Source of the DNA: Ancylonema sp.
Taxonomy: Eukaryota
Length of the DNA: 64,000 nt
Assembly (NCBI GenBank): GCA_050230475.1
Contig: JBFLGF010000063.1
Span: forward strand, 1 to 64,000
Direction: 5' to 3'
A program made the position numbers and the translations under genes. Positions 50,601 through 64,000 of the stretch are shown piece after piece (position 1 is the stretch's first letter; each line of letters opens with the position of its first letter). The notes below the pieces were generated by a model. It saw only the letters and a list, made by a program, of their open reading frames with translations. It ran no database searches and had not been told where the DNA came from.

Positions 50601-53600
50601 TGCAGGGAAGGACATGTCTACGTACGGACCCCCCTGCCAGACACGACCCTCTCTTCCCTCATTCAACATAGTCCGGCCCTCTGTCCCTCTCCTCTGCTGC
50701 CCCTGCTCTGACAAAGCAGCGTTCGCTATCCCTCCAGGACCTCCCCGAGGAGTTTGCCCACGCCCTGCTACAGTTTTGTCACGGGCAGTGCCATAGGTTC
50801 CCCCAACCCCTGCCTCACTTGCCCGCAGAAAATGTTTCTCTGATTCCTGGCTGCCGTTGTGTTCTTCCTCAAACTGTATGTGTTGTGAGGCCCCTTCACT
50901 GTCCCTTGCCCTACCCTTCCCAGCCTGAACACTCCCGCTCCCTTCCCACCTGCTCTCCTCTATACCCTCACCCTTGATAACTCGAGGTGTATTGTTTGAT
51001 TCCACCCGCTGCTTTGAAAAGAACACCCCTGTTCCCTTCAGCCTCTCCTCACTCACATCCGTTGCCCCAGCCCACTCCCCTCGCCTGATCTCCGATCCCG
51101 GACTCAACTGATCATGAGCCCCCATCTCATTCCCACTCCCTACCACAGCCTCCTGGTATCCCTCCTGACTGGGACCGCCCCCTTGGCCCGACTCCTGTCT
51201 GCTCCTACCTGAATCTGTTCCCGAGGTTCCCCCCCCCCCACGTTCCCCACCACTTCCTGGCCTTTCTTCAGCCGATGTGAAGGCGGAGTAGCCCCCTCTG
51301 CTCTGATCCGGCCCGAATCCCGACACCCCATTGAGTCTAGCTTCCGACATCCATCCCATCTGGTCAAAGATGTATTTTGTCGGCTCTAGATTCAACAACT
51401 GGGCTTGCAGCAGAAGCTGTGTCACCAAGTCTGTCGGAAGCGGCAGATTCACCTCTCTGCCTGCGTTCCGTTCCCCCCCCCCCTCATTACCTTGTACAAC
51501 TCCCACGTTCGCCGTTCGAGTACTCAACTTCAATTTATCTTCCTCATCAGCCCTTCTTTCCCCTCCCCCCTGTACACCCCGCCCCATCCCACCCCCTGAC
51601 CCCGCCCAGGAGGAAACAGGAGGTCTTAACCCCATCTGCAGCTGGTGCTGAACAGGGTGCACAAAACCGTTCATCCCCAACCCTGCCAGAGCCATCATCT
51701 GATACTGCATTTCTGCAGAAGAGGGCCCCCTAGGAATTGTTGGCAGTCCCTGGGTGTCTGGGCGGTTCAAATCCCCATTCCTTTCCCAGGTGTTCTTGAA
51801 GAACTTATCTATGTCCGCTACTACAGCTTCAGGGGGGCCAGAAAGAATCCCCGACAGCTTGCGTGCAGCATAAGCAAAGGCACTTCGAATGCGGAAGAAG
51901 TTTCCTGAAAGTTCCCCACAATTCCGTCCACATGACCTTCTTAGAACACATTCTGTTCAAAGGGCAGCTCATTTGATGCAAGCAGTACAGCCATTTTCAC
52001 GCACGGGGACAGCAAAACACACCTAGAAATAACACATGACAAAATGACCCAGACCACCACCTTCCTGCATCTATTAAAAAACCGACATCGCGATTGTGAA
52101 TGCTCACTCCTTCACCATATCACATCGAAAACGTCTTCTTGCGAAGATAGAGAAGGCAAAAAAAAGTGGCGGTATCTGACCTTTGCTTACGCTGCGCCCA
52201 AGATTGTTGGTCTCCAGCAACGGGTCGATGACATTCATGAACTTGGGCGCAAAATCTTTCTTCACAACACTAGCATCCCCCCCCTTGTGAGAATACCGCG
52301 CCCGACATCGAGCCAAGAAGTTCTCGTCCAGCATCAGATGGCCAGACTCGGACACAGGAGACTCAGCTGCAGGGCGGCCATTGCAAAACAAAAGTCCATG
52401 TATCATCCTTATTGTTGCTGTCACATACTCGAGGTACAGAACCCTCATTCAAGTCTGAGGCGTCTCACCTGTCCATCTAACATCTGATTATTAGTTTGCA
52501 ATGAAATACGTAAGCACCTGTGGGGTCTTTGAAGTGACGATGTCAACTCACCCTTCATCTCTGGCAAAGAGGCTATGGGCACGGGACCCCGCAGGCTGAC
52601 GCAAAAGTTGTCCCAATCGAATGTACTGAAGAAGTTCAGGAACTTGAGAAGCACCTGCAGGGAAGCCACGTTGGCATCGTTGCTACCACCTTCACCATAT
52701 CTCCTGCGTCTATACAGCCTCAACATGCAGGGTGCTACACTGCCGCTCTCACATATGCTAGACTGAGATAGGACTGCGATGGGGTGTAGAACGTATATAA
52801 CTAAAAGATATTAGCAATGGTTCAAGCAGAGAAAACCAGGAAAGACGGTGATGATGGTGATGCTGATGATGATGATGCCGATGATGATGGTGATGGTGAT
52901 GGTGATGGTGATGGTGATGATGATGATGATGATGACGACAATGATGGCTTCGGCAGTAAATGATGTTGCTGATGTGAATGACGGCAATACTAACAATGCC
53001 ACTCTCATCGCGTCACCAGTGTCAACATCCTTTGTGACTCTCCTCCCGAAGGTGATGTCTATCGACCACCGAACCTCTTATACCACGTCTTGAAAATAAA
53101 ACATGAGCACAGCGTCGCCAATGTATTCAGCTTCAGTTCTGCCATACATTCTGCCCTCGCCCAACAAGTTCTGAGCAAAACACCGACCTCGACCGGCCCG
53201 CTGAGGGAGGAGTGAAAAACGTGGAATATGTATAGAACCAGCGTCTCCAATCCATACGTGGATATCAACCCATGCGGAGCTCCTAGAATTCGGCTTTCGT
53301 AGTAACACCATGCCTTAACTAGGATGATGCTCCTCTTGAAAAGGTGGTCCCTGCCGATGTACCGGTCCACCTGCAGCACAATTGCTCCGTTATAAGCATC
53401 TCCCACGATGCCTGTGGAAAAGACCTGCTCTAAATGGACGAGCTTGCTTGAGTTGAACGATGTAGTATTGAATATGAGGTCCAAACTGCACATCTCGAAC
53501 AAAATCCTTGCATGCATATTTATAAGTGCCTTAGGCAGGGATATGGAATTGCAAAAAGCATTTCGTCTCTGATAAAGTGTAGAGTGTGCTTTGGTGTATG

Positions 53601-54745
53601 CTTTGGCGTCAGACTATACCAAATGACCATGTGCTATTCGCAATGGTAACGAAAGCTGCACCTCACGAAACTGGAACCTCAATTTTTTCAATTCATATCC
53701 GGCAGTCCATTCCAGCAGAGATCAGATTGCAAGTCTCCACCACGAACAACATTCAACATACAAACTCATATTTACATGCTTGGCCACGCAATCGTATGCC
53801 TTCCTGAGCTTGCTTGATTTCTCTGGTGCACCTGAGATTCAGTGGACTAAGAATTGAACTACTACGGGGTACGTAAATATCTACATCATCTCAAATATCC
53901 ATAACAGCAACACCTCACGTAAAGCCAGCTTGGCAGAGGAAGGAAATTACCTCTTCCAGACAGCACAGCGTACAGAGGCCCCCTATCTGATTAAAAGAGA
54001 TGTCCACGACAACGTTTTCCACAAGACACTTGATGAGCTTGACCTGCCAAGTCAACCTCGATGTTAAGATTGACAACTGTGGAGCACGAGCCAAACCCCT
54101 AGCGCGAGCGAAAGCCCTAGGTGCGACTTATGATGCAGAAAATATTAACTGAAAAACTTTTACCTCGGCTTGGATGTATTGCACTTCCCGTATACGAAGC
54201 GGGGACTTTTGATATCGCCCCTCTCCTTCCAGGATGACTTTTAAATCGTTAGCCCAGCTGTCTTTCAGACTGAGTTGGCACGACAGAGCTGTTAAGTCAA
54301 TGTCACCATCGGGTAGATACGTCTTCAGAGGAACAGAGCCGAACATGACAACCTGAAACCCGTTCAAAGGCAGCCGAGCTTTCATAGACAGTAATTTCAA
54401 CCACAATCTGATTTGGTTTTGACTTTGCATACTTCATGCTCCAGACTTCGACTTCTTATGCATGTTGGTCCTCGAATGTAACAGTCTCGGTTTTGTAACA
54501 TCCAAAAACGAGCAGGCACTCGCTTTCTCACTCATTAAAAGTAGCTGAGTGGCAAGTACCTGGCAGTCCAAACATTTGTTGATGAGGCCCTTCATAAACC
54601 GCGTTATGGCCTTCCGCTTCGCTTCCGCCTCTGGTGTCGGCTGTATACAAGCTATCAACTTACTTCCTCGCTCCTCCGCCATCTCCCACCTCTTATCTGA
54701 TTCTGACGGTAACGTATGCCCTCCCATTTCTCGTGTGTTACCCAT
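47644..54745 (-). CDS. Plant NTP-family nucleotidyltransferase (PAP/OAS1 substrate-binding domain superfamily), multi-exon, with a long low-complexity C-terminus
   Basis: Exons read RW..AEE....LIACIQPT..AE.KR, FGSVPLKTYLPDGDIDLTA, EVQYIQAE-VKLIKCLVENVVVDISFNQ.GGLCTLC.LEE, VDR.IG.DHLFKRSIILVKAWCYYESRILGA.HGLISTY.LETLVLYIF, FL.FFS.FDW.NFC.SL.GPVP and NVIDPL...NNLGRSVSKGNFFRIRSAF. The 3' exons (below 49143) are less certain. Confidence 0.85.
52849..52945. repeat. (GAT/GGTGAT)n intronic microsatellite
   Basis: gatgatggtgatg array inside an intron of the nucleotidyltransferase gene. Confidence 0.9.
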
Positions 54746-55505
54746 TTCAACAAAAAAACAAACAAAAAAAACTACTTCTCCTCAATATTGTCTAGCATGA
54801 TAACATTGCCGGGCATGGTAATCGTCATTCAGGCATGAAGCCGGTCCGGCAGGTAGTACGGGACTGTATCTGGAACGACTTGAGCAACCCATAGCGGAGG
54901 GAAGCCCACCATGGTTGATCGTAGTTGGCCCCGCCCGGCTTCTTTTCGCCCCGCTTTTCCTCGCCCCGTTGTGCTTCACCCCGAGCGGCAGTCTCCCGAA
55001 CCGGCAGGGCGGCAGTATCTCGCCCGGTGTATTGCAACAGAGAAACCACCCGTACCCGTCAAATTGAAGTTCCATACTTCAATATTAAAACAAACAAATA
55101 CCCGGAACGGGCAGTATTTCTTATTCCGAAAGTTTCCACCGTTAAACTGCTATGTTTATGACGTCCCTGCATGCGGCACGTGTACAGCGAGCCGTGAGCG
55201 CAGGAAGGGAACGAACTGGCGCCCTGAAATGAGCATCTGCGTCGGCTGTTGGGAAGCAGCGGTAGAGGATAGTCAGTCCGGGACTCACTGATCTGTCGGA
55301 CTACACAAATACCACTGCTGCGGTCCTATTTTCTCATCGGTGGTGGGGTTCTCGCGGCAGCGCTTTCTCATGCAAATTGTTGCCATTCCATGACAAGCAG
55401 ATCCAAGCTGCCACTTGGCAGCTTGGTCGATTGCGTGCCCGTTAATTTCGTCTGGAGTTTCCAGGACGCTGGAGTAGATGCGTGGTCGCTTGATCCGTAG
55501 TCAGG

Positions 55506-58102
55506 ATGTCAGGTCTCTGGAGAGGCAGGGCCAGATCTGCTAGACAGATCGCTACACTCATCTGCAGGTAAATTATGCTGACAGATTCCTCCTCCTCGTG
55601 AATTGAATAAGGTGGTTGAAATGACTCTCATATGACTCTCTGGACGGCCAAACCTCGTTCATTGGGGTCAAGTCTGCGTCTGTTAGTGTCTGCGAGGATA
55701 AAAAAAAACTCATCTCTTTCTTTCTATTTGAGAACGTGGACGTACACGTAGACCTATGCCGGATGCTTTTTTGAAGTTTTCAGTGGGGTGCCTGGATCTG
55801 AAAGATTGGTACATATTTTTCTTAGCTGTACAGATTACTGGTGAACATTCAACTTGGCTCTGCACTCTCTGCCCTGTCTCTGTCAGCTTCTGTCGGAACG
55901 TGCATAAACTTTTATTCTGTGCGGTGCGTTCAGAAACACGCCACTGCACCCTACTCCGCCGAAAAGCAGATTCTCCGAAACATCACTGCCCACTGCAAGA
56001 ATACACCCAGGTTGGAAATGCCGTGAGCAATGGAAATCTTCTTTAGTGGCTCCCTCCGCTTTACGGAATTCTTACCATCTTCTCTTACCATCTCCTTACG
56101 CAATAAAAGCGTCGCCTCAGTCCAGCAGACAACATTCCACTTTAGTTACAGTGCTGCGAACTCGATTCCGAAGTTGGGGAGGGGGGAGAGGGCCAAACAG
56201 AGAAGGCCTAGGGAACATAGGCCGAGCTGTAGATGAAGCTATCGGAAGGAATAGGGGTGGCTGGCTTTGCCACTTGCCCCTTGCACGAGCTGTGGGGGTG
56301 GCCAGCTGGCAGTTCTCAAGATCGTCGTTGCTTCCACGCGTTATCGCCTTGTTGGTTGGGGAAGCCACGCTGTCAAGATACCCCGTGGCAGTGTCTGAGG
56401 CTTTGTATGGAGGCCCCGCTCTGACCAGTCAGAGTCAAGGAAGCAACTCCCTCGCTGTACTCCTGAACGCCAACTTTGAAATCCTCGTCCTCTTCTTCCG
56501 CGCCATCTACCTCTTCTTCATCTTCGCCCCCGCCATACTTACCGCCCCCTTTGCGGACGCGTTCAGCAAGAAGTACCGCAAGGCCTGGCTGCGATTGGTT
56601 CTCAGGACTCTAGAGACCGCGGGAGCTGCCTTCATCAAATGGGGCCAATGGGCGGCCACGAGACCAGATCTGTTTCCTAAAGACCTCTGCGAGCAGCTGG
56701 CAAAGCTCCACACCAAGGCCCCCGCGCACAGCTTTGACTTCACGCGTCAGACGATAGAGGACGCCTTTGGGAGGAAAGTGAACGAAATCTTCGATGACTT
56801 CGAGGAGGAGCCCGTGGCGTCCGGTAGCATCGCTCAGGTACAGTCGGATGATACATCAGGGGATGGTGCTGGGTGGACGTTTGAACCGAATTCTGACACC
56901 TGTCTGCCTTTGGGGGCCTCCTCAGGTCCACAGAGCGGTTCTGAAGAGTCGATACCCGGGCATCTTAACCCCCCCCCTGGAAGTTGCGGTGAAGGTTCGC
57001 CATCCGGGTGTGAGTGACGTCATCCGCCGCGACTTCGAGATCATGAACTGGATCGCGCACGTCTCCTCGGTGCTCCCTGGCATCCGCTGGCTGCGTCTCC
57101 AGGACTCTGTGCAGCAGTTTGCGGTGTTCATGTTGACCCAGGTGGACTTGGCGAGGGAGGCTGCACACCTGTCGCGCTTCATCTACAACTTCCGGCGGTG
57201 GAAGAACGTGTCTTTTCCGAAGCCCCTGTATCCGTTGGTGCACCCGGCAGTGCTGGTGGAAACATTTGAGAGGGGGGAAAGTGTGACCCGATACGTGGAC
57301 AGAGGGGGGGGGGGGGGGGCGGGGAGGGATTACATCAACACCGAGCTGGCGCACATAGGGAGCCACACTCTGTTGAAGATGCTGCTGGTGAGTGGTCAGG
57401 TGGTACCTACAGGCTATCTGTGGGTGCCAGGTGATTCACCAGGTGTTTTCTGTTGGAGCAGGTGGACAACTTCATCCACGCGGATCTTCACCCCGGGAAC
57501 ATTCTGGTGCGTGTGCAAAGGGCGGCAAACAAGCCCTCCCATCTCATGGGGGGGCACCCCCACGTGGTGCTGCTGGATGTGGGGATGACCGCTGAACTGT
57601 CAGCACACGATAGGCAGACAATGCTCGAGTTCTTCAAAGCCATCGCCCAAAGGGATGGGACGAAGGCGGCAAAATGCACCCTCAAGTTGTCGGAAAAGCA
57701 GAGCTGCCCCGATCCAGAAGCCTTTTGCCAGGCAAGAATCTATGGTCTCGTTTGCCCTTAATTTATTGATGACTTATGAGGTTTTCTTGGGCACCAGGAT
57801 TGAACGCTGGGTTTGGGGTTGGGGGTCAGGACGTAGAGGAGTCTTTTTCGGAATGGGACGCCCGCGGTGGACGCATTCCCACGGGGGAGTGTATGCAAGA
57901 GCTGTTGGAGCAGGTGCGGAGGCATCATGTGAATCTTGACGGCAACGTGTGCACAGTCATGATCACCACGTTGGTGCTGGAGGGGTGGCAACGGAAGCTT
58001 GACCCGGATTTGAGCATTATGGACACCCTCAACTCGATACTGTTTAAGTCCGAGTGGGCTGCCGGTCTCTCGTACACCATCGACGGACTCATGGCTCCAT
58101 GA
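55506..58102 (+). CDS. ABC1K/UbiB atypical kinase, ADCK2/Cqd1-like (probably mitochondrial)
   Basis: Exons 55506-55567, 55934-56837, 56926-57387, 57462-57731 and 57830-58102 splice in frame. Motifs are FIKWGQWAATRPDLFP, PVASGSIAQVHRA, VAVKVRHP, QVDL.REA, NFIHADLHPGNIL and LLDVGM. The N-terminus MSGLWRGRARSARQ is Arg/Ser-rich; the start codon is inferred. Confidence 0.88.
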
Positions 58103-58520
58103 CTTGACACGTAGTTTACAAAAAAAGGTCGATTGTATTTGTAGCTACTCTTTTTGCTACTCAATCGTGCTGAGGTACTGGGCTGGATCAATGCCACCTG
58201 ATAGTTGCGTGCTGGAATTCAGCATATAGAGAGTACTTGGAACAAAGCTTACTTGTGAGAGTTGTTTCCATACGATGGAACAAGCTCAATTAATGAGGAT
58301 TATGCAATCATTGGTGCTTACCACAATAAGAGTGGCGACAACGTTGTGCTTCCCTTGTTGTCGAGGCCCACATAGATTTAAATAAATTTTTATTTGCTCT
58401 TACCACAAGGATCAATTGTGGAGGTTAGACTCGGGGACTCAACCGCAAATAGGTCATGAAAAGGCTTCAACAGCACACGGACCTTGGTCTTGCGATGAGA
58501 TTACTGAGGACAGATTGTGC

Positions 58521-59247
58521 CATAGTGGGTCCCAGAGCCCGAAAATATGCGCGCCGGCTCGAAGCCCGAGCGCGCGCGCGCCGGCTCGGAGCCGGGCTCG
58601 CAAAATCCGCGAGCGGAGCGGGGCCCACAAGAAAAAACAAAAAAACAAATGGTAGCCCCGTCCCCCGCTAATCGGTGAACTATTATCCTTGCATAGTACT
58701 GTTTCATTACACTTCGTATATGCCGTCATTATCCCGTCCCCGTTCGCAATTCCCCCTTGTCATTTGCAAGCTACAATTCTGTCGTTTAGCATGTCTCCCG
58801 TTCATCGTATTTTTCCGTACCATCGTTGTCCTCCCATTCCTTCGTAATGTGTGACTATCATAGATTCAATTTGTCGTTTGCGTTACAGAATCTATCAATT
58901 TTTTGAAGAAATCCCGCATCTGACGGTTGAGCATTGTTCAGTGCCCCGTCCCTCCCCAAGATGTCGTCCAATTCCCGTAATGTCACAAGATCTTTCAGAT
59001 TCGCTACAGAATCTTTCAGGTGCCAAAAAAAAAACCCGGATCAAATGGACACGGTAACCTGCAGAATATGGTTACTATGTTCCCGACGTACTGCCCGAAG
59101 TTCTGGTAACTAGTAACTACCTGCTTCGCATAGGAGGATTTTTACGTAGTCGCATTTCGATGTTTCGTTTTTGCCAAGCGGCTCGCAGACGCGCGCCGGC
59201 TCGGAGCCGGGCTCGCAAAGTCCGCGAGCGGAGCGCGACCCACTAAG
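58521..59247. mobile_element. Non-autonomous hAT-like element with 8-bp TSD
   Basis: GATTGTGC|CATAGTGGGTC ... GACCCACTAAG|GATTGTGC, with a GC-rich subterminal block (cgcgccggctcggagccgggctcgcaaa) near both ends. Confidence 0.75.
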
Positions 59248-60854
59248 GATTGTGCCATAAGCTAACACCGTTCAGAGTTAAGTATCTCTTGGCCTAGTGG
59301 GTTGATAATAAGTTTGATGTGCGAGTTTGCGAGGGTAGTCCCAAACAGTCATAAACCTCACTTGTGCCGATTTCATGGTGGCACATTTTTTCGTCTACGC
59401 GACTGAAATTTGCTTAAGACAGGTACAAAGTAGTGTTAACTTTCACATTTGGAGTACGATCGAAAACAAGTACGATAATATACACGGCTACGTGACAAAG
59501 TGGCCGTCATAGACGTAATTCACGCTTCACACAAACGCAATTTTGATGTTAACTAATGTTTGTGACTGTAGAATCGATGTATTTTGCGTCTCACCATCTT
59601 GGGTTACTATACCCAATTAAGGGCATTTGTAGATGGGAATAATATAACTGGAGGATATTGTGTGTGCAACATGAGAACGTGATACACATGTCCCCATCAT
59701 TACCATGCCGCACATGTTCAAGCGATGTCTTGTCAATGGAATTTGGCCATCGATAGAATACATGAACTATGAAATTACTGACCGCACCAAAAGTGGCCCT
59801 TTGAACCAACAGGCCACACATGATGACCCACAACTTATTATGAAAAGAGTGGGTCGGGTTATTATGAAAAGGGTCGGGTGTAATAATTCCTTTTGGGTAA
59901 GAAGTGGGTCAATGCATAATGTGGGTCACCAAATGGGTCAATTGGTGGTTCATTAGCCAATATTAATTCATTTTGTAAATTCCGGGTCATTATGCATGCA
60001 TGGTTAGTAAGGTGAATTGGGTTGTTGGAGTTTTCTGGTTGTATTTTGTTAAAGTGCATCACGTCGGCTGTGGAGCCGTCATCATGTCTTACTGGAGTAT
60101 TGAATATATGTATAGAAAAACATTGTGTATACAAGTTTGTTGACTTCAAAAAATAAAAATTGCTCGATTGCACCTAAACTTGACGAATAAATAAAAAACA
60201 TGTATGAATTCGTATTTCATTTCGTCCCAACAATTCTAGTTTGAAGTGGTTATACTATTTTCGGGCACATTCTAATTATTAATATATAAAAAATAAAAAA
60301 AATAAAAACCGAGACTCGAGTTTGGTGCTCTTAAACCATTTTACATGTTGAATAGAGCAACAACTCCCATATTGGATTACTAGACTATCAACTTGTTCTT
60401 ATGCTAGCACCAAATCGTGTGTGTACATACTCGGATTTTCTTCCACTCTTTCCACTAGGATCCCACCAGAGTTTACTCACCTTTTGAACAAGTGCAGCAT
60501 CATGTATGTGTTAGCAAAGACTAGAAAGCAAACATTTTCACAAGCCTATTCTTCCTTGTGCTATTTTGTTCGCGAGTGATTGGAAGTGATGAGTCAGAGA
60601 CATATCTCGTACATATACTACTTCTTCCAACATACACCTCAACATCTAGGATTTTGAATTGTTGTGATTGTTGGACTTACAGTTCTCGATGTAATAAATT
60701 ACATTTCGCCCAATTTACGGCACTTTGGTGTGTCCATATCTCATATTTTCATCTTATTATTTCCCTATTGCCGCTAGTCGCATCCTGACCGGGTGGCACG
60801 TCCGCATACGGATGGGAGCGGGGCGGCGGATGGGTGCAACGAGCCATACAACGG

Positions 60855-60925
60855 CGAGGGTTAGGGAAACCGCATTTTTGGCTCGGAGTAGGGGGTTGCT
60901 ACCCGGTAGCTACCCGCTACCGCTT
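60855..60925. repeat. Dispersed repeat shared with 44920-44985 (inverted)
   Basis: aaccgcattttt..gctcg..gtagggggttgctac is the reverse complement of gtagcaaccccctaccgcgagctgaaaatgcgg. Confidence 0.6.
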
Positions 60926-61985
60926 TCCAACCGATTTGGATGCCCACCCCGGTGGGGCGTCGGTAGGGAGTAGAGCAGCGGTAGGCGGTAGGGAAATCAG
61001 GAGGGAGACGGTAGGACACGGTCGGACACGGTATATTTTTTTGTTTTACCATGCAATCAAAGATACAAGTTGCAACTTCAAAAAAAAAACTTGCATCGAT
61101 CTATTACACAAAGTAGACAACTGTGCTTAGCTTCATTGTGATCATTATTATTAAGTCGTTAGCTTTTTATATATTTATGTATCTAAGGTGTTGATGAGTA
61201 TGTGAAACCAATTGATTGTAATCCGTGGAGGATTCGCGATTGTTGTATACAACGATCACTTTCACGAGCATGTGGACGTATCAAGAAACCGGCTCACTAC
61301 GTGTCAAGAAGCAACAACGCTCGCGAGGTGGTGTATGAGGAGATCATGAAAAGGTAGAAAGGGCATAAGTTGGAGGCGGTTGTTTGGAGACGGGGCGTTT
61401 GGTGGGAGTGGGAGTGAGAATTGAGAAAGATTTCGAGTTTTTTGACGGGTGGCGTTTGAGAAAGGCGTTTTTTCGTGGTTGAACCTACGGGAGATGAGCG
61501 CAGCACGAGCCTACCTCTGTATCGACAACACACATTATGTATGGCCAATACCACTTGTCATGCTCGACTTGTGGCTACGTTCAGAGTGTGTAAGTGGGAA
61601 GTAATTTAAAAGAGTCGATATGGTGCGGATATGGTGTGGTATAGGAGCTGAATGGGTATAGGAGAACCATATCGCATGTATCATGCTATGGGTTTACAAG
61701 ACAAGACGTGAAAATAGTGTGTAGGCCAATCACAATACACGCTTCCACAATTCACATGCATTCACGTAGTATATCCCGCATGTATGTCCGCATGTAGCAA
61801 ATCGCTTTACAAATCCCATCCATCCGCCTTCACACTCCCACTCGCATTTACAACAGACTCTCGCGGACTCACACTCGTGTACGGATACCTTTGCACCAAT
61901 ACAGTCATTTGGAATGTAAAATAAATATAATTGTGTTCGCATGCTATCATGGCTAATTCTCAAAGAAGAGCATGATAACATCATA

Positions 61986-62628
61986 CTGTGCCCCCTCGAT
62001 ATAACGACTTTTTTTTTCCCAAAAAAAGTGTCCTTATATCGAGGTGTCGCTATACACTCTATAAGGACATTTACTACTAGAGTCTGAAATATGTGTCCTT
62101 GTATCGAGGGACTTCGCGAATGAAGTAAAGTGGATAAGCAAATGTGTTTATTATGTGTTTCCTAGAGTAAGTTGCCCTCGCATGCTTATCCAATTCAACG
62201 TGTGTGTTTATATATGAGCTATACAAGTGCGTCATGAATTATGATGCATGTATTGGTATCATGACTCACGATACCAATACATGCGGATGGACAAAATATA
62301 CCAAAAAACTTTACGAAGAAAGTTGGGGAGGTATCAAGGTTATTACAAAGCAACACCGGACATGCACATTCTGTTGGACATGGAGGAAACGCAGTGGAGG
62401 TTTCTAGATTTTTATCGATTTCCAAACATCGTTATTTGCGAGCAATAGCGTTATATACACAGTATAAGGACATTCCGTAACAAATTTATGAAATAATTTG
62501 TCTTTATATAGAGTGTCGTTATGCTTATATCGAGGGCGATTTCATATTGATTTTTAAAAAGTTCAAAACAATTGTCGTTATATCGAGGTTGTCCTTATAA
62601 AGAGGGCCGTTATATCGAGGGAGCATTG
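61986..62628. mobile_element. MITE of the 10199-10791 family, opposite orientation
   Basis: TA|CTGTGCCCCCTCGATATAAC ... GTTATATCGAGGGAGCATTG|TA, and the internal sequence is reverse-complement similar to the first copy. Confidence 0.85.
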
Positions 62629-64000
62629 TACATGTATGTCAACATTGAGTGACACAATTTAGTTTCATACATCATATATGTCCACATCTTCTCTTTTTTT
62701 ATCTCATCATTCCTAATATCAATAACATTATCGACAACATAATAATCTCGAAGGGACCAAGGTAATATCATAAATGGATCAATCGTCATTTTCCTCCAAA
62801 TAATGATTCTAACAAAAAACGTACACGCCATCTTCCCTAAATTCCCCTTCAAACGTCAACCTTCAAATTATGTTCATCTTCATTTATCTCATCTTCTTTG
62901 TCGCTGCCGAGTTCCTCAAATTAAGTCGTGGTATTCTCGACGACCAAATCCGGTTGCCAACCTTTTATTCTTTAATATGTATACACAATCGTTTTCTCTC
63001 GCGGGGGCTTTCATGTTGCTATGGATGCAATTATAAAGGCTCCAAATTCCGTCGCAAGCTACCAAAACGTGCGAGATGGGATCAATAAAATTAAAGAGCA
63101 CCGATGACGTAGTGAGTCGATGGTATGATGTTTTTTGAAAGTGGATCGACATGATTTAAGGCGTGTCGATGAAGAAGAGTTGAAGTGGTAGTGCTCCCCT
63201 CATGTTACAGATGAAGTGATGGCGTTTGAGTCTCGTCAATGACGGCGAAGATCACACACTCAAGGCAGTGTTCGCAAATTATTCGTTGTGCTACTTATTG
63301 TTGGCAAGTTTGCTCCCACGCGAACTACAATTTGCACACTTGCAACGAGGAAAACTAGAAGAATAGTTAGACGGCACAACTTTTGATCGGCAATTAATTC
63401 CCGAGATCACGAGTATATAGTTTCTATAGTATGCACTGAGGTGATCGAGCGGAGAGCGGAGGCTAATATCAAGTTTTTTGGTGTGAGAGCTGCACAAAAT
63501 CATCGATAATTGCATTCCAAACACGACACGGTTTGTGACTGACAGGGGTCTCGTAAACAAGGAGATTTGAAGCTCGCAAACCATTGAAACAACAAAGGAG
63601 TGCGAAGGCGACGTAGATGGAGAGTGACCTCTTGGAAATCGGAGAAAAATCCCATGGTGGAATAGACGCAAATTTTTGAAAATGCAATTACAATGGTTGA
63701 ACTCAAGTTCAACGAATTCTGGAGATTCCTCATCGCGTAGCACGTTTTATGCACTCTCATATGACACCGGGTACGCGTGTCGGTCCAAAATATTCGAGAA
63801 CAAATGCTCATCCCACCTCTAAAGACGTCTTGTTATAACGTTGAAAAAATAACAAAAAATTGGATAGTATCTATGGTACACATCATTTACATGTCACCGC
63901 GATGTATTTTAATATAACGGCCGACACGGTATACGTATGATCGACGCATGTAATATTATAATCAAATCTGATCTGAGGGCGGAGGCCGACGACTTGAAGC

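Noticed and set aside
62800..63850. Possible hAT transposase remnant (IPNTTRF)
   Set aside because: Too degenerate to support by eye.

Overview
Eukaryotic nuclear DNA, most consistent with a streptophyte alga or other green-plant lineage (inferred from plant-type gene families, short GT-AG introns and plant tRNA-iMet primer sites). Six host genes are supported: the tail of a receptor-like kinase, a GT14-like/DUF266 glycosyltransferase, an ARMH3/DUF1741 homolog, a clade-D PP2C, a plant NTP-type nucleotidyltransferase and an ABC1K/ADCK2-like kinase. They flank a repeat-rich interior of decayed Copia and Gypsy retrotransposons, TIR/MITE elements and long simple repeats. The most notable signal is a degenerate C5-cytosine DNA methyltransferase (motifs I, II, III, IV PCQ, VI ENV, VIII, IX) lying directly upstream of a Ty3/Gypsy reverse transcriptase. 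It has homologous fragments at three other places in the window. Two single Ns (28609, 42841) mark probable assembly joins. All calls are by eye; no searches were run.
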